Shown here piece by piece: positions 38,301 to 51,314 of a stretch of 64,000 nucleotides of DNA (its first letter is position 1; every line of letters starts with the position of its first letter). A program made the translations under genes and the position numbers. The stretch is taken from assembly GCA_037379345.1 (NCBI GenBank), contig CM074523.1, positions 876,525 through 940,524 on the forward strand, written 5' to 3'. This DNA comes from Perna viridis. Taxonomy: Eukaryota. The notes beneath the pieces were generated by a model, which did not search any database, had not been told where the DNA came from, and saw only the letters and a program-made list of their open reading frames with translations.

Positions 38301-39862
38301 GATAAGCATCAAATGCAATTTGGATAATTAGCCGTAGAAATAAATTTAATAACAGTGTATTTTTGAAATAGGAATAGAATAAGGAAATCATTGACTTTAT
38401 AGTTCTCTATCAAAGTGGTTTTACATCCGGCTGTAAAATCAATGCTAGCTCCGATCAATACAAATGACGTCAGACACAAGCTGCCAAGTCAGCAATCCTT
38501 AACACAATTTGATAGGGTGAAGGTCGGATACTAATCTATTTTTGCGGTTTTCCATTAATTTTCGAAAACATGCATGTACTGTGTATGGACTAGAGGATAT
38601 TTCTTCCAGGTTCATACTGACCGCTACATTGTTATCATATTTTCAGAAAAACTCGATACATTGAAATTCCTCGATTGATGGATTCAACCCTTGGCAGAGA
38701 TGAGCGGATTATTTATTGGGGTGTATTCTCGTTGCAATGATGACATGATATGGTAGTTTTCTGGTTTCTATAGAGCTTAGAAGATCCATTTATTTCGGTC
38801 AAGTGCGTTTAAGGCTTTTTCCAATTTCCTTTGGCAAAAAGGTTGTGCTAATGATTACATTATAGGTCATTGTTAATTAGCTTTTGTCTGTTATTTGTAT
38901 TCAGTTGCAAGTCATTTGAAGATAATTTTTTTAATTTTACTGAGATGATGGTAGACATTATTAAAAAGAGGAAAAAAATCCAATCGCTATGTTTGCATAA
39001 AATCAATCAAAACAGACAATTTGATTGGCTTAATGGATTACAGCCCTATCAAGAATGAATGAGATTCTGACTAATAATGGAATCAAGTCTTGTAAGCAGA
39101 GATGAAGCTCGGTTAGGTACGATTGTGTTGGCGGTGGAATGTAATAATGAAGATAGGAAATCTTCCACTGAATTATTATGTCTATAAAACTGCTTTAGTC
39201 TCTGGTAGTGAACAGAGCAGATAAGAATCCGTACTTTTCCTAGGACATAAGGAACCATTATATGTCACAAAAGTAATCTGGAACAGAGATATGAGCGTTC
39301 CAATATTATAACATTTACAATGAACTGTATTTAACCTCGGAACATGGTCACACTACGATCGGTTTAGTCAACAAGTTTTTGTCTGTGTTTTGGCCTAAGA
39401 TCGGTCCAGTCAGCATGTTTTTGTCTGTTCGACACAATAGAACATGTTCTATCCAGTTCCCAATGTCAAAATATGACTTGTATCGCATTATCACCCGAAT
39501 CATTGTCCTTGACATAACCAAAGACCTGTAAAATTACGAGCTCTTTTGAAAAGCATTGAAATTCAACAGCCCATGTGTAAAAACGGATCTCGTTTAGTTT
39601 TGCAGTACTTACATTTTGATTGTAATCACACTTTCGAATGATTGAAACCCAGGTATTTTATCGTAAGGTTTAATTACCTGTACTGATAGATATATGAAAG
39701 ATTTCGTCTTACATTCTATAGCATTACAATACAATTACACAGTAAATTCATGTCAGGAGTTAGCTACGGTACTATGAAAGTTGTCTTAATATCAATATCT
39801 GAATTTGTCAGTTACAATTGTTCAGTGTACATGTATGCATACTGTGTATCATTCATTTTATA

Positions 39863-40064
39863 CAGTAAAACCTGCCTAAACAGAACCCTGGATAAACTGG
39901 AACCCTCTCCAAACAAGAGGTTCTCACTGGTTCATACCATATTCGTTCATTTTGTTCTCATTAAAACAATTTCAATATATTTTGAACCCGATTAAACCAA
40001 ACACCTTTCTAAAGCGTTTAAATCTTTCAGTCCCAGTGGAGGTAGGTATAGACAGGTTTCATTG
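39863..40064. mobile_element. Old pogo/Tigger-like MITE in Mkx intron 1
   Basis: TA-CAGTAAAACCTGCCTAAAC at the left end and GTATAGACAGGTTTCATTG at the right end form an imperfect TIR pair with CA..TG termini. Confidence 0.6.
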
Positions 40065-40844
40065 TCTTGTACTTTATGATGATATGACAGAAATAATCAA
40101 ATCTTTGACGTTTTTCAAAACGTTGATTATAACTGTAAGAACTTTACGCCACGATTATAAAGTTACCAAAATATCTGTATAACATCAACACTCAATATAC
40201 AAAGATGACGAGGAATTTATATACTTTTTAAGGAATAACTGGGAAATTACCGTTTTGTTTCCAAATTATACTACCAACCTTATTCGTGGATATTCAATAT
40301 TTACATGTAGTCAACCAAACCCAGAAAAAAATTGCAAAAGGTCGTTAGAGAAAAATCTCCATGTTTAATATACATGTTCCTTGATATCGGATAAGTGGAG
40401 ATAATAGTTCTGGCTGTATCACCACATTTCATTTGTCTGAAACCAAATCGATATCTTGAAATGTCATCCTGTCGCATAGTGCTGACGTATTATTGTATTA
40501 GTAGATATAAATGTTCAATAATCATTGACATTTTCCTAATATAGGTCAAACGATAGCTCTGTAGCTTCACCTTTATATACTTCTATACATTTGTATTGTG
40601 TTAAGTATTTAATTGTACATGTACATTAAACTCCAATGTATTTCGTTATACATTCATAATGTACAATGTAACATAATGATTGAAAGGGGGCTCCATGTAC
40701 ATGTGACTATAGAATGGTCAATGGCATTTATTATTAACTTCGAGCAGATGAGTTGCAAACAAAATATTGCCATAGGCAATATGTATCCATGAAGTGCAAA
40801 ATTGTCATGGACAGTTTCCTGTCAGTAATTAACATGGCTTGTTG

Positions 40845-41345
40845 GAAATGGTCATAGTCAGTATAAACTAATTTAAAAGTATCACCCTCAGGCGGACTTG
40901 CTGTAAACCATGCAGTTTAAGAATGGCCTAGGGCATTATCAAGTATCACCCTAAGCGGGCTTGTAGTACACTAGTTTTATAATGGTCTTTGGCAGTATGA
41001 ACTGTCAACCTCAGGTGGGCTGGCTTTAGGCTAGTTTAAGAATGGCCTATGGCAGTGTCAGGTATCACCCTAAGGCGGGGATGGTGAAGTTTAAAGTGTT
41101 AACCTCAAGCGGACTGGTTGTAAACCAGTTTTAGGATGACGCAGGGTAACCTCAGGCGAACTGGTTGTAGACCAGTTTTAGGATGACACAATGTAACCTC
41201 TAGCGGATTGGCTGTAGGCTAGACCAATTTTAGGATTACGCAGGGTAACCTCAGGCGGACTGGTTGTAGACTAGACCAGTTTTAAGATGACGCAGGGCAA
41301 TCTCAGGCGGGCTGGCTGTAAACCAGTTTTAGAATGGCCTATAAC
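40845..41345. repeat. Degenerate tandem repeat, about 61-bp units grading into 47-52-bp units
   Basis: Core CCTCAGGCGGACTGGTTGTA..CCAGTTTTA(G/A)GATG recurs about 9 times. Confidence 0.8.
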
Positions 41346-43217
41346 TAGGACTGTATGAAGTGTTAACCCTGTTATACCTACATTGGATCTCCTGACGTCA
41401 GCTTTACGGGTGCTGATAATATTTTCATCAGTTGAGGTGTTAGAATCCAATTATTGACATCTAAATGTTGACTGTAATTGTATTTCGGTGGTTAATTAAT
41501 CCAATTATGAATCGGCTATGCCGAAACATGACCTTTGTGAACCAAGTAGCAGATGGTCGCAGAGTTACTGGGAATTTATGAGGTAAAGCATCGAGAAAAT
41601 CAGATAATTAGTTTTTGGCTCGTTTACAAATTACCGGGCTTCTTCCTAACAAAACGAGTGCGAAGGGTTGAGCGAAGGTTCTATGTAACTTCACTATTAA
41701 TGTTTTCCCATTTCTAAATGATTTTAAGTTGGCTTATTTTTTCTTCTATTAAGGGGAGAAGACTCTAACCCCTTTCTTAGATTTTTTAAGAAACTCGTGG
41801 CACTTCTTGCCTTATGATTCAATAATCTTGCTAAATCATCACTTGCCAAAGAATTAATTTAAATCTCTGTTGCACTAATTTTACATTTATATAAACATTC
41901 ACAGGACGGTTTTAACCAATTATATCTATTGTTCCCCTGCAGCCAGTTGTGTCGGGTACGTTAAATACTTTTTCTTTGTTCGGCCTACAAGAGATATTAA
42001 ATTTCTATCAATTTACATAACGTTAACCAGAAACAGTGTGAAATTCATTATTATGCGTCGCATCAAATCTGCATAACCCTTCTATAAATCTTCTGTTTGG
42101 GTCATTGACTTAGCAACACGTGCAAAAAGAAAAATAAAACATTTCTGCCATTTAGTTTTAATATATATGCGACACAGGTTCATGTAAAGGTGAATGTATT
42201 TTTGCTGAATAAGCATTTTTATGAAATAAGTGTTAAATCGTAAACAATCGTATGTTATTTTACACACCGACGAAAAAGAACATCATTGTCTGTAAATATT
42301 TATCCCTCTTGGGTGAAAGTGATACGACATATTAATAACTGTTGTTCCCCTGTGTGTTGGCGATTTATATTATTAATGATAGTAGGGAAGTATACAATAA
42401 CCCATGGTCCTTAAACATTGTTTGTCTGAATGTTACCTTCTAAATGACTCCACCAGTAGATGGAGTGGATTCAGTATGGGTTTTGTAGATACTTGAAGGG
42501 TTATCAAGCTGCCGATATGTTTTCTATATTAACGACTTTACCATGTGTTGATGTCCATTAACATTTGTATTAATACATATGTAATTTACTCAACCCGAGC
42601 AGGACAAGCCAGACCAAAATTAAGGCCAGGCTATTCTGTTATGTAGTATACTACTTTTGCCAAATCCTGGTCCCTTCGTCGTCTTCGATTACCTGTTATA
42701 ATGATTAGTGGTGTGAAGGTAGAGATTGAAATAATAGTTAATTACTATTTGATTGCTGCTTGATTTGTTTGTTAGTCTGTTTTTGTTTAGAGTTAACTAT
42801 AGGATAGTTCTAAAAGTTTCATTTAACAGTTCTAGAACCAACTCTTCCGACAATTCCGCGATTGTAAGAGTGGAAATACTTCTTAGTAGGAAAATACCTT
42901 ATATCAAGATGTGTTAGCTACATTCGAGACGGTGTACATACCTATATTTGTAGCTACAGTTGATATGCATCGTCACTAATGAATATAAACATGTACTATG
43001 TAATTCCCACGGTAAACGAGTTATCTTATTGGTAACCATACTGGAATATAAACATGTCTTTTGTGAGCTTACATTGCAATTCATTTCCCTTTTACCCCAA
43101 CAATAATATTAAGGGCATTAAATAAAAGGACGTCCTTTTTACAAAGGACAGTCTTTGACCGTTATTTATGACTTATTTACCTCTTCCATTTAAGTATTCG
43201 TTTTAATCTCTTTTCAG

Positions 43218-43543
43218 GAAAGTGTATCCAATCAAAGTGAGGCAAAAACGACAAACTATGCAGAATATGACTAAACCCTTGAAGCAATGGTTATGTATAA
43301 ATAGACACAATCCATATCCGACAAAACACGACAAGGAAATCCTATGTAGTTTATCGAACATGTCTCTAACACAAGTCTCTAACTGGTTTGCAAACGCTCG
43401 ACGGAGGCTGAAGAGCACCGTCAAGGGAGAGGACTTCAGTTGGTCGTCACGTGTTAAATTGTACAACAGCCACGTGGAAGGAAATGCTGAGTTGCTGAGT
43501 ATAAGTTCGGATGACAGTATTTTTGATTCCGATGATAATACAG
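43218..43543 (+). CDS. Mkx: Mkx coding exon 2: TALE homeodomain and adjacent Mohawk motif
   Basis: Acceptor ttttcag, donor G|gtttgt. Encodes KVRQKRQTMQNMTKPLKQWLCINRHNPYPTKHDKEILCSLSNMSLTQVSNWFANARRRLKSTVKGEDFSWSSRVKLYNSHVEGNAELLSISSDDS. The PYP loop and WFANARRR (Ala50) mark the Irx/Mkx group. The downstream SW..R.KLYN..V.GNAE.LS motif is diagnostic of Mohawk. Confidence 0.97.
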
Positions 43544-46500
43544 GTTTGTATTCTTTCTAAAATCTACAAATAAGAATCCGTTTCCACGAAATAGGATGCA
43601 TGAATTCCTTCTGAGATTGTAAAGGAACTTATAATTATATATACGAAAGTGACAAAACTCTGCAAAAACTGACCGTGTCCCAGCTTGATTGACCCGGGAT
43701 TCTCTTTGATATGGTTAGTGTTTTGTACTTGATAAATTATAAATCTCTATGATTCAGAAGAGATGGTTGAGTGATGTCTCGCTCAGTCGTCATATTTTTG
43801 GTTTGTCTACATGTACATGTATACTAATACAATTACATACAGTAATGACACATAAACGTGAATCATAATGCAATTCTGCAATAAATACTAACCCATGGTA
43901 CATTTTACGGAATAGAAAATGGTTGTGCTGTCTTGAATTGTAATGAAAAAGGGAAGTTCATGGTACGTAGATAGCTCCAATTAAGGTAACCGAGACGCCT
44001 TAAAGTTAAACCTAATGCTTGTTTTAGCAATTATACTATTTATAGCAGTATACGTGTTTCGAGGAACGAAGTTCAAATGAATTGTAAAATCATTAAGTGT
44101 TTAAACATATTCCAAGAAAGAATTCTGCTAACGTAATAGATTATTACGTAAACCTCCTATATCATGTGACGAAAAATTACTAAAACATTAGATGGAGTTA
44201 TGAACTGGTAATTTGGATCAACATGAAAAACATATTCTTGTTTTTTTCCTTATTCACTGGGATCAACGTCAATAGGCATGCTATTCCAAATAGCTGCATT
44301 TTGTTATTATGCCCTATAAATCATTAAGCCCCAAAATTTTGAATGCTGAAAAAATACTTTACTTGCATGACTTACGAAATTTCCTCAAATCGTTTTTTAG
44401 ATGAAAAATTCTTTCTTTTTTCGAATTTTCTCGTTCTTAAATATCATGACCGATTACAAGCTAATTTAGTCCAATTCTCCAATTAATGAATCCACTCCTT
44501 TAATTGATTATGCCATTAGAATATTCTGTTCCTGTCAAAATACTTGTCTTCAGTAATTTGTTTCAACTCTCAAACTGACACGGAGTTGACATTTTAAAAC
44601 GGATGTGTAAGCATTTTCTAAAGCAGCAAACATAAAACGCCAGGTGTAGGGAAGTGTAATATTTAATCGATATTGCCTACAATAGAACTTTAAAAATAAA
44701 AATTTTATGTAAAATTTAAAGTGATTTTGATGTTAAGTTTGTGCTAAAAGAATAATTGCAATAAAATCTAGCTTTGTATCTCTAAATTTCAAGTTTGTTT
44801 TAAGGCCACAAGATAAAAAAAATGGCGGTGGTACAGTTTATTTACCCTCCTGAACGCTATAATAGTAGTATTAGAAAATCCTACATGTACATGTACATCT
44901 AGTTTTACTTGTATCTAGCTTGTTAAAACTTCATTTACAGAACCGTGAGAATTTACTTTGTCCTATTCGGTGATACGTTAACCAGAACTGGAGGGGTCGA
45001 AGAGACCCCCACCACAACCCACCAACTTATAAGTTATGCTAAAAAATTGTTATTGTACATGTTAATGTATATAAATCACTGGAAATCGCTGAAGCTGGCA
45101 CCTACTAAGATAGTTCGTCTCCATCCAAAACCCCATTTTAGAACTCGATTCGTCCCTTACTTTAAATATCGATCCCTTGTGTGATATCATGGATTATGTT
45201 GGAATTTTCTATTGTTGAATATCCCAGTTTCACATGTACATGTCTTTAATATCCCAGTTACACATCTACATGTTTTTAAGGTGAAGGTTCCAACTCGTTG
45301 AGTTATTAAACATGTTAATAATAAAGACATTTAGGACACGTTTAACCCCAAGGATCCGACTAATGACAAATAACAAACTGTACCAAAAAGAACAGTAACG
45401 ACCGTATTTATAGAAAGATATTCACACGGGCATATAAGCTTTGCTCGTTCAGACGTTATTTATGAAGCAACAGTTCAAAGGGAAAATCCCAATAAATGCC
45501 AACCCAAGACAAGTAGTACATGTACTGTCATTCGTCCTAGCTAATTACAAGTTTTTTTTATTATTTAGGTTCAAGGCGGTACTTTATTATTATATAAGAG
45601 TGTATGTACTTGATGAACGAAGAATTGAGTAACACATGGCATGCATACTGAATTACATCTAAATTTAATCTAAAGCTTTTATTGCTAGGCGGTCCGTACC
45701 TGTCTGAGTGACGGAGGATTTAGTCACTATTACTTATATGTAGAATCCACGTAACGGTAAAACTACAGACTGATTGGTTATATTAGTTTGAGTGCAGAAT
45801 ACATTGTCTGTTTTCTTTCGGTTCTATTTATACACTGTGCATGTACATTGTACATGTATCAGGTTTGCAATTTCCACTCATCAAGTCGAAGAGCTATCGT
45901 TGTATTTAATATGGTCATTGAACGGAAATGCCCATCACAATCTGCGTCAGCAATGGAAACATACACATTCCGGATGCGTTTCAATTACACTGTCAAGTCA
46001 ATATTTGGCACATTGTTGTCATGTATAATAGGAAGATATTTATATAAATATCACATATTGATATTTTGATATCCTGTTAAACCATTTATCGGACGTTCTG
46101 TTTGGAATAATGAACCATTTTTGTTCTCAATGGCTGTCAATTTGCTGAAATGGTCGCTTAATGTTAAGGTTTAATTGCCATTTATGGTCTACGGTGAATT
46201 GATTTCAGGGTAACAGTGATTAGTTCGTTGTGTTTGTTTTGCGACCGTGGCTCAATTCTAAGAATCGTTATAGTAAATTGTGTTCATCAATATTTGATTT
46301 CACTAAGCATTGTAACAGTTGATGTAACAATCATGCAGCTAAATATTGATTCCTGAAAGTCCAGGTTCTTAGATACAGCCCTTTCTACGAAACATGTATA
46401 AGACATTACAGTATCCGAATGAACGTCCCGGATGAACATTAAAATTAAAAAACCCATCCTGGATACTAACTAATATCTAAAAGCATCCTGGGTAACATGT

Positions 46501-49500
46501 CACATCATAAACTATCCGAATCGTTAACACTAACACTTTGAACTCTTTACCCAACGAAAAAAAAAACATCAAACTCCACTTCTTTATAGTGCCCCTAAAG
46601 AAAACCCTCGTATGTGGTTGAGAGTTGAAACAATTTTGTAGCCATGGAAAACATTTGACTATTATAGAATATCCCCTGATTAAATTTGATGTTTATTATT
46701 TTCCGGTTGGCAAGTATTTCATTCAGGATACTATTGGATGTTACGCATGCGCACGTAGATCTCATAAAATTGCAAGCTTCAAGGAGTTTGCTTTACCAAT
46801 GGCTACCGATAGCGGGAATCTTAAAATACAGTGTGTATATTGTGTATTGAATTAAAAAAAGTAATACTTTTCTTAATCAACCGTCAACGTTACGTTTTTC
46901 TGTGGCATACATGTAAATGTAAATTTAATAAATTTTAATACAGTATGGGCAGATATTCCATACCAGATTTTTGCACGGAGTGATACTTGTCTCAGCAACC
47001 GTTACACATTTCTCTGCAAACATTCATTTAATTACGTTAGCAAATGTTTGGACGAGAGAAATTTTGGTGTAATTGATTGCGCGATGAACGCGGTTTCCTT
47101 CGTAATTAATTTCTGTATCTAAATTGACCACTTTGGTTTGTATGACTACACATACAGTAGAGATGTTGTATCAGTCAAAGGTCAATTGTTGGTACATTTC
47201 CTTTGATGTCTAAAACTATTCATAAATAAAAAATGCTTCTGTGACTATTTATATTTTAATTCCATGTACGATCTTTGTGGTGTAAGCATGCACTCATCAG
47301 GCTTCATCGACCATAGATGTATAATCCCATCAATGTTCAAACATCGTATTTGTAGATGTTCATCTTTGAACAGATCTTTATCATGAATAAACCCGTTAGT
47401 ACTGCTAAAATCATTGACACGGTCAAGAAAAAGAAAAGTATGATATTTTTTTGCCCATTCCCCCCCCCAAAAAAAATATAAAAAATTTGCACGAAAATGA
47501 AATATTTCCAACTTGATCACACTTTCATTACGGTTTAATATAGAATATATTTAAAAACAGAACCAACTGAGGTTTCGAGTTAAAACATGTTTGGAGTGAA
47601 GTAGACAAGGCATAGCATACCTTGAAATTACATCAAAGAGAGTATTTGTTCAAAGGAGAGTACTGTCTTTGTCCACAAAGTTTGTATACTAAGCACGTTA
47701 CACATATATAATTTCAACCTTTTATGTCTTTTTCGCGCTTTGTCGATGCTCAGTCAACTGCTGTCTGATTATCCTTGACCCTCTGCAGATCTCGTTATGT
47801 TATCGTTCATCAAAACGTTGACACACGCCTAGAAAAAACGTCACAATAGATGTGTGACCTCGTGTCCCCATCTTTCGCACCTGTCTTTTGTATATACGCC
47901 TTTAAACATCAAGATAAACAGTGACACTTGATATGTTTGAAATATTTAACATTTCCTAAGAGATGTGGGGCGAGATTTGATGTTGCTGGCTTTTATGTGT
48001 CAAAGCTTTTGTATTGTTTTAGGAGGGTGTTACGGTATGGACGGTTCAAGTTCACACAGTCATCTACTGATGTAGGCGCCTGCTTATCATGCATGTACGC
48101 TTTATAACATCGAGTTTATTTCCAACTGGACTTGAGGTAGTTCCCATGACCAGTACGGTAAAGGGGTGACTTAATAGTCGAACTATCAAAAACATTATTG
48201 ATCGATCTTATTCCATCTTTGTTTTCATGCACATGCATCATAGGTGGAGCAAAGAGGGCCCGCCCTATGTTCTTGAAATATTCGGTTGGTTATATTATAA
48301 AAATGACAATTACTGAAGTTCCTACTTAGGCCACTCAGCGCCCCATCCCCGCGCATTTCGGAAATTCTGGATCCGCCACTTCGGAAACATATGTAGGGTT
48401 GTTGCATACATATACATATACATGTACATGTACAGTACCTTATCAAAAACGAAACTGCTTACACGTAGCTGTATATGATATTAAATACTCTGAAATTGTT
48501 CTAGAAGTGTAAAAAACTTTGTCCAAAATCTAGGCCACTTAATGAAGTACTTTCACGTCGTTGATTACTAGTGAGATTCTGCCATATGTTTCATAGCGTT
48601 TTATTGGGCGTTCACCAACAAGTCTTCATAGTGTCAAGGTCGAACAAACCGCAAACGACCTTGACGTCATGTTCTGGCAAACGTTTGATGTTAGGTAATA
48701 TACATATAATATTTGGTAAGCAGGTTCTTATTCGAATAAGAATGACAAGTAAGCTGTTAAGATCTATTTATAGTTAAGACATTTGAGTAATTATTATAAA
48801 TAAAGTTGATATTTGTAAACAAAATTCTTTTCTGCAAATTATGATGAATCGATATTTTGACGATTTATGTAATGAGGATTGAGAGCTATTGTGGATTTGA
48901 ATGTTGACACCCTGACATTTTCCTTTACATAGTTGTAAAATACAAGTGCATTTATGATCTTCATATATTGATTAAAAATCATGGGTAAAATTATAATGTT
49001 TCCCACAAACTCGTTGCATGCTTATCACAACATGAATTGTTTCATTTAACATTGCGGACTATCTAATCTAAATGATACTTAATTGTTTCATTCAGTCTCT
49101 GCCCGTAGTCTACATATACAAATGTATACGTAGGGTGCAAAAGGGGGAGGAATGAAATATTTAGTAGGACCACGTGAGCAGTACTTATTCTAATAATCAA
49201 TTTTCATTCGCGAAGAAAACAAGACTAATTGCCTCTGGTAAACTAGATAAACCATCGTGCATTCGATCAATTAATCTCCCTATATATTTCTTAATCGGTC
49301 AGCTGGTGGGGTGCAGAAAGGCCAAATACATAATTAATACTCGAGTCTTCTTTTTGTACTTAACGGGCATCTGTTGTCTTTTTCTGCTCTGCAAAGTAAA
49401 ACAAATGGAAGCGAATAAGTCAGAAGAAAATGAAAGCCGAAATAAAGGAGAAACACAGTCCTAATTTAAATGAAAACAAAAACATTTTATTTATCGCGAA

Positions 49501-50939
49501 AGTCTGCGTCTCTAGACTGGTAGACAATTGATATATACATACATGTACTTCAATATACGATAACCAAAATGGTAAATTTAGAATCCTCTACAAAATTAAT
49601 AATATCAATTTGACACCTCACATAAATGAGTTATCTGACCCCTGTATGACATTTCAATATGACCACCCATGACTTTAAATAATAATTTAGTTATTAAAAT
49701 GTAGTACATATTAATTTATCATAAAAAGTAGACAGATTGCTGCCAATATCTGACCTTTGACGTTTGAAATGAACAAGTACTCAAGTCACATGTTTACAAG
49801 TGTTGACTTCACTATTGCAGACTACTTATAGGATTAAGATTTTTCCACTAGTTTTATCTCTAAAAACAGGTATTAAACACAACATGTTTGTCGTTGGTTA
49901 ACGCTCTACATCCACAAGGTATCATACTTGATCCACTTTCTACAAATCTCCTTCATTCCGACCTTGTGTCTATATTTAGAATGATTAGCCTTCCGGTCAA
50001 GGAACATCCATCATCTGGACAGATATAAAGTCTCAATATTTTCGTTTTTCTTTATTAACGAACATGTAACCAACCACTTGGTGGCGTCTTCTTCTGTCTC
50101 TGAAAAAATGATAGCAATCTAAGTTGGACTTTGGACTCGTATAAAGTTTCTTCATTTAGACAGTTCGTTTTACTAAAATAAAAAAAGAAAACAACATTTA
50201 ACTTGAAGTAAACAAACTTAAAAAAGGACAGTTTTTTTTATCCCATCTAAACCTAATAGTGTACTTCTTAAGGCTGTTTATTTCCATTTAAATGTATTTT
50301 GAACTATAGTAAACCACAGTACATGTACGTATGCATATGCAACAATGAGGAAGGTTTACAGAGTTGCAACAAATACATGAAAATTGCATTAAATAAAAAC
50401 CTTGCTGAACTTATTTGTGCATAATTTTTCGAATATGTTATTATTACATAAATGTACAAGTACATGCATATATTGTATATGTATATTGTTTTCTTGCATG
50501 TTATAAGTAGCTGTCTTTGTAAGAATCATGCAAAGTCTGAAAAATGTGATACACTACAAAAAAGGCTACATATTTTTATTTTTGTAATTAAGTTGTTTTA
50601 TGGGTCTATACTATGAAATGTGTAATTATTCATTCGAATTTGCCTGCTCTTAGGAGATGATCCACATTGAAAATCCAGTAGATTCTATTGTATTTGAGAG
50701 TTGTCTCCCTTAATTTTGAAATCTATGGTACATTCTATATAATTTTCATTTCCTTAGAGCACGGGTTATATGAAAAACCACAGGTTAATGTCTGTTTAAT
50801 ATGACATTTCAAACAAAATATCCAAAAAAAATAAAAATATGTAGGCTTTTTACCCATGAATCACATTTTGCATGATCCTTAGCTGGAGTGCTACATAATT
50901 GATCTTTTCCATAGCCTAAAAATTACTTTACTGTTTTAG

Positions 50940-51314
50940 ATGATGGCCGACAGATACCGAAGGAGAACCAAGATGAACAAAGCGAACCTTCAGATGTGGT
51001 AGTACCTTCTCGATCTCAGACGCCAACAAGAAGCCCCTTGTTTGAGCCCCCAGATTTTCTAGGGCCGATGAAAACGCAGCACGAAACTAGATCTCAAAAT
51101 AAATTTAAACAGACTATATTACAAAGATACCTTAGTGATACATATGGCCACCATTCGGGACATCCTCCTGGCAGCCTCGATATGGATGTTTCGGCTTTCA
51201 CGAAAACCAGATCGAGGCGACCTTCCGGTTCCATTGGATCACGCGATTATGAGGAAATGTCGACGTCATCGGGTATTTCGCTGAATGATAGCCATAGCTA
51301 TACGTTTTACGATG
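50940..51314 (+). CDS. Mkx: Mkx coding exon 3
   Basis: Acceptor ttttag, donor G|gtgagt, phase 1 to phase 1. Encodes KFKQTILQRYLSDT (compare vertebrate KYKSSLLNRYLNDS) and SGSIGSRDYEE (compare SGSFSSNEFEE). Confidence 0.93.

Noticed and set aside
43203-43466. 87-aa antisense ORF
   Set aside because: Shadow of the homeobox exon on the opposite strand.
43218-43543. Calling the homeobox gene Iroquois (Irx)
   Set aside because: It shares WFANARRR, but has the Mohawk-specific motifs (KRQ..Q.M..PLKQWL, SW..R.KLYN..V.GNAE, two C-terminal motifs) and lacks the Irx KENK..W and IRO box.
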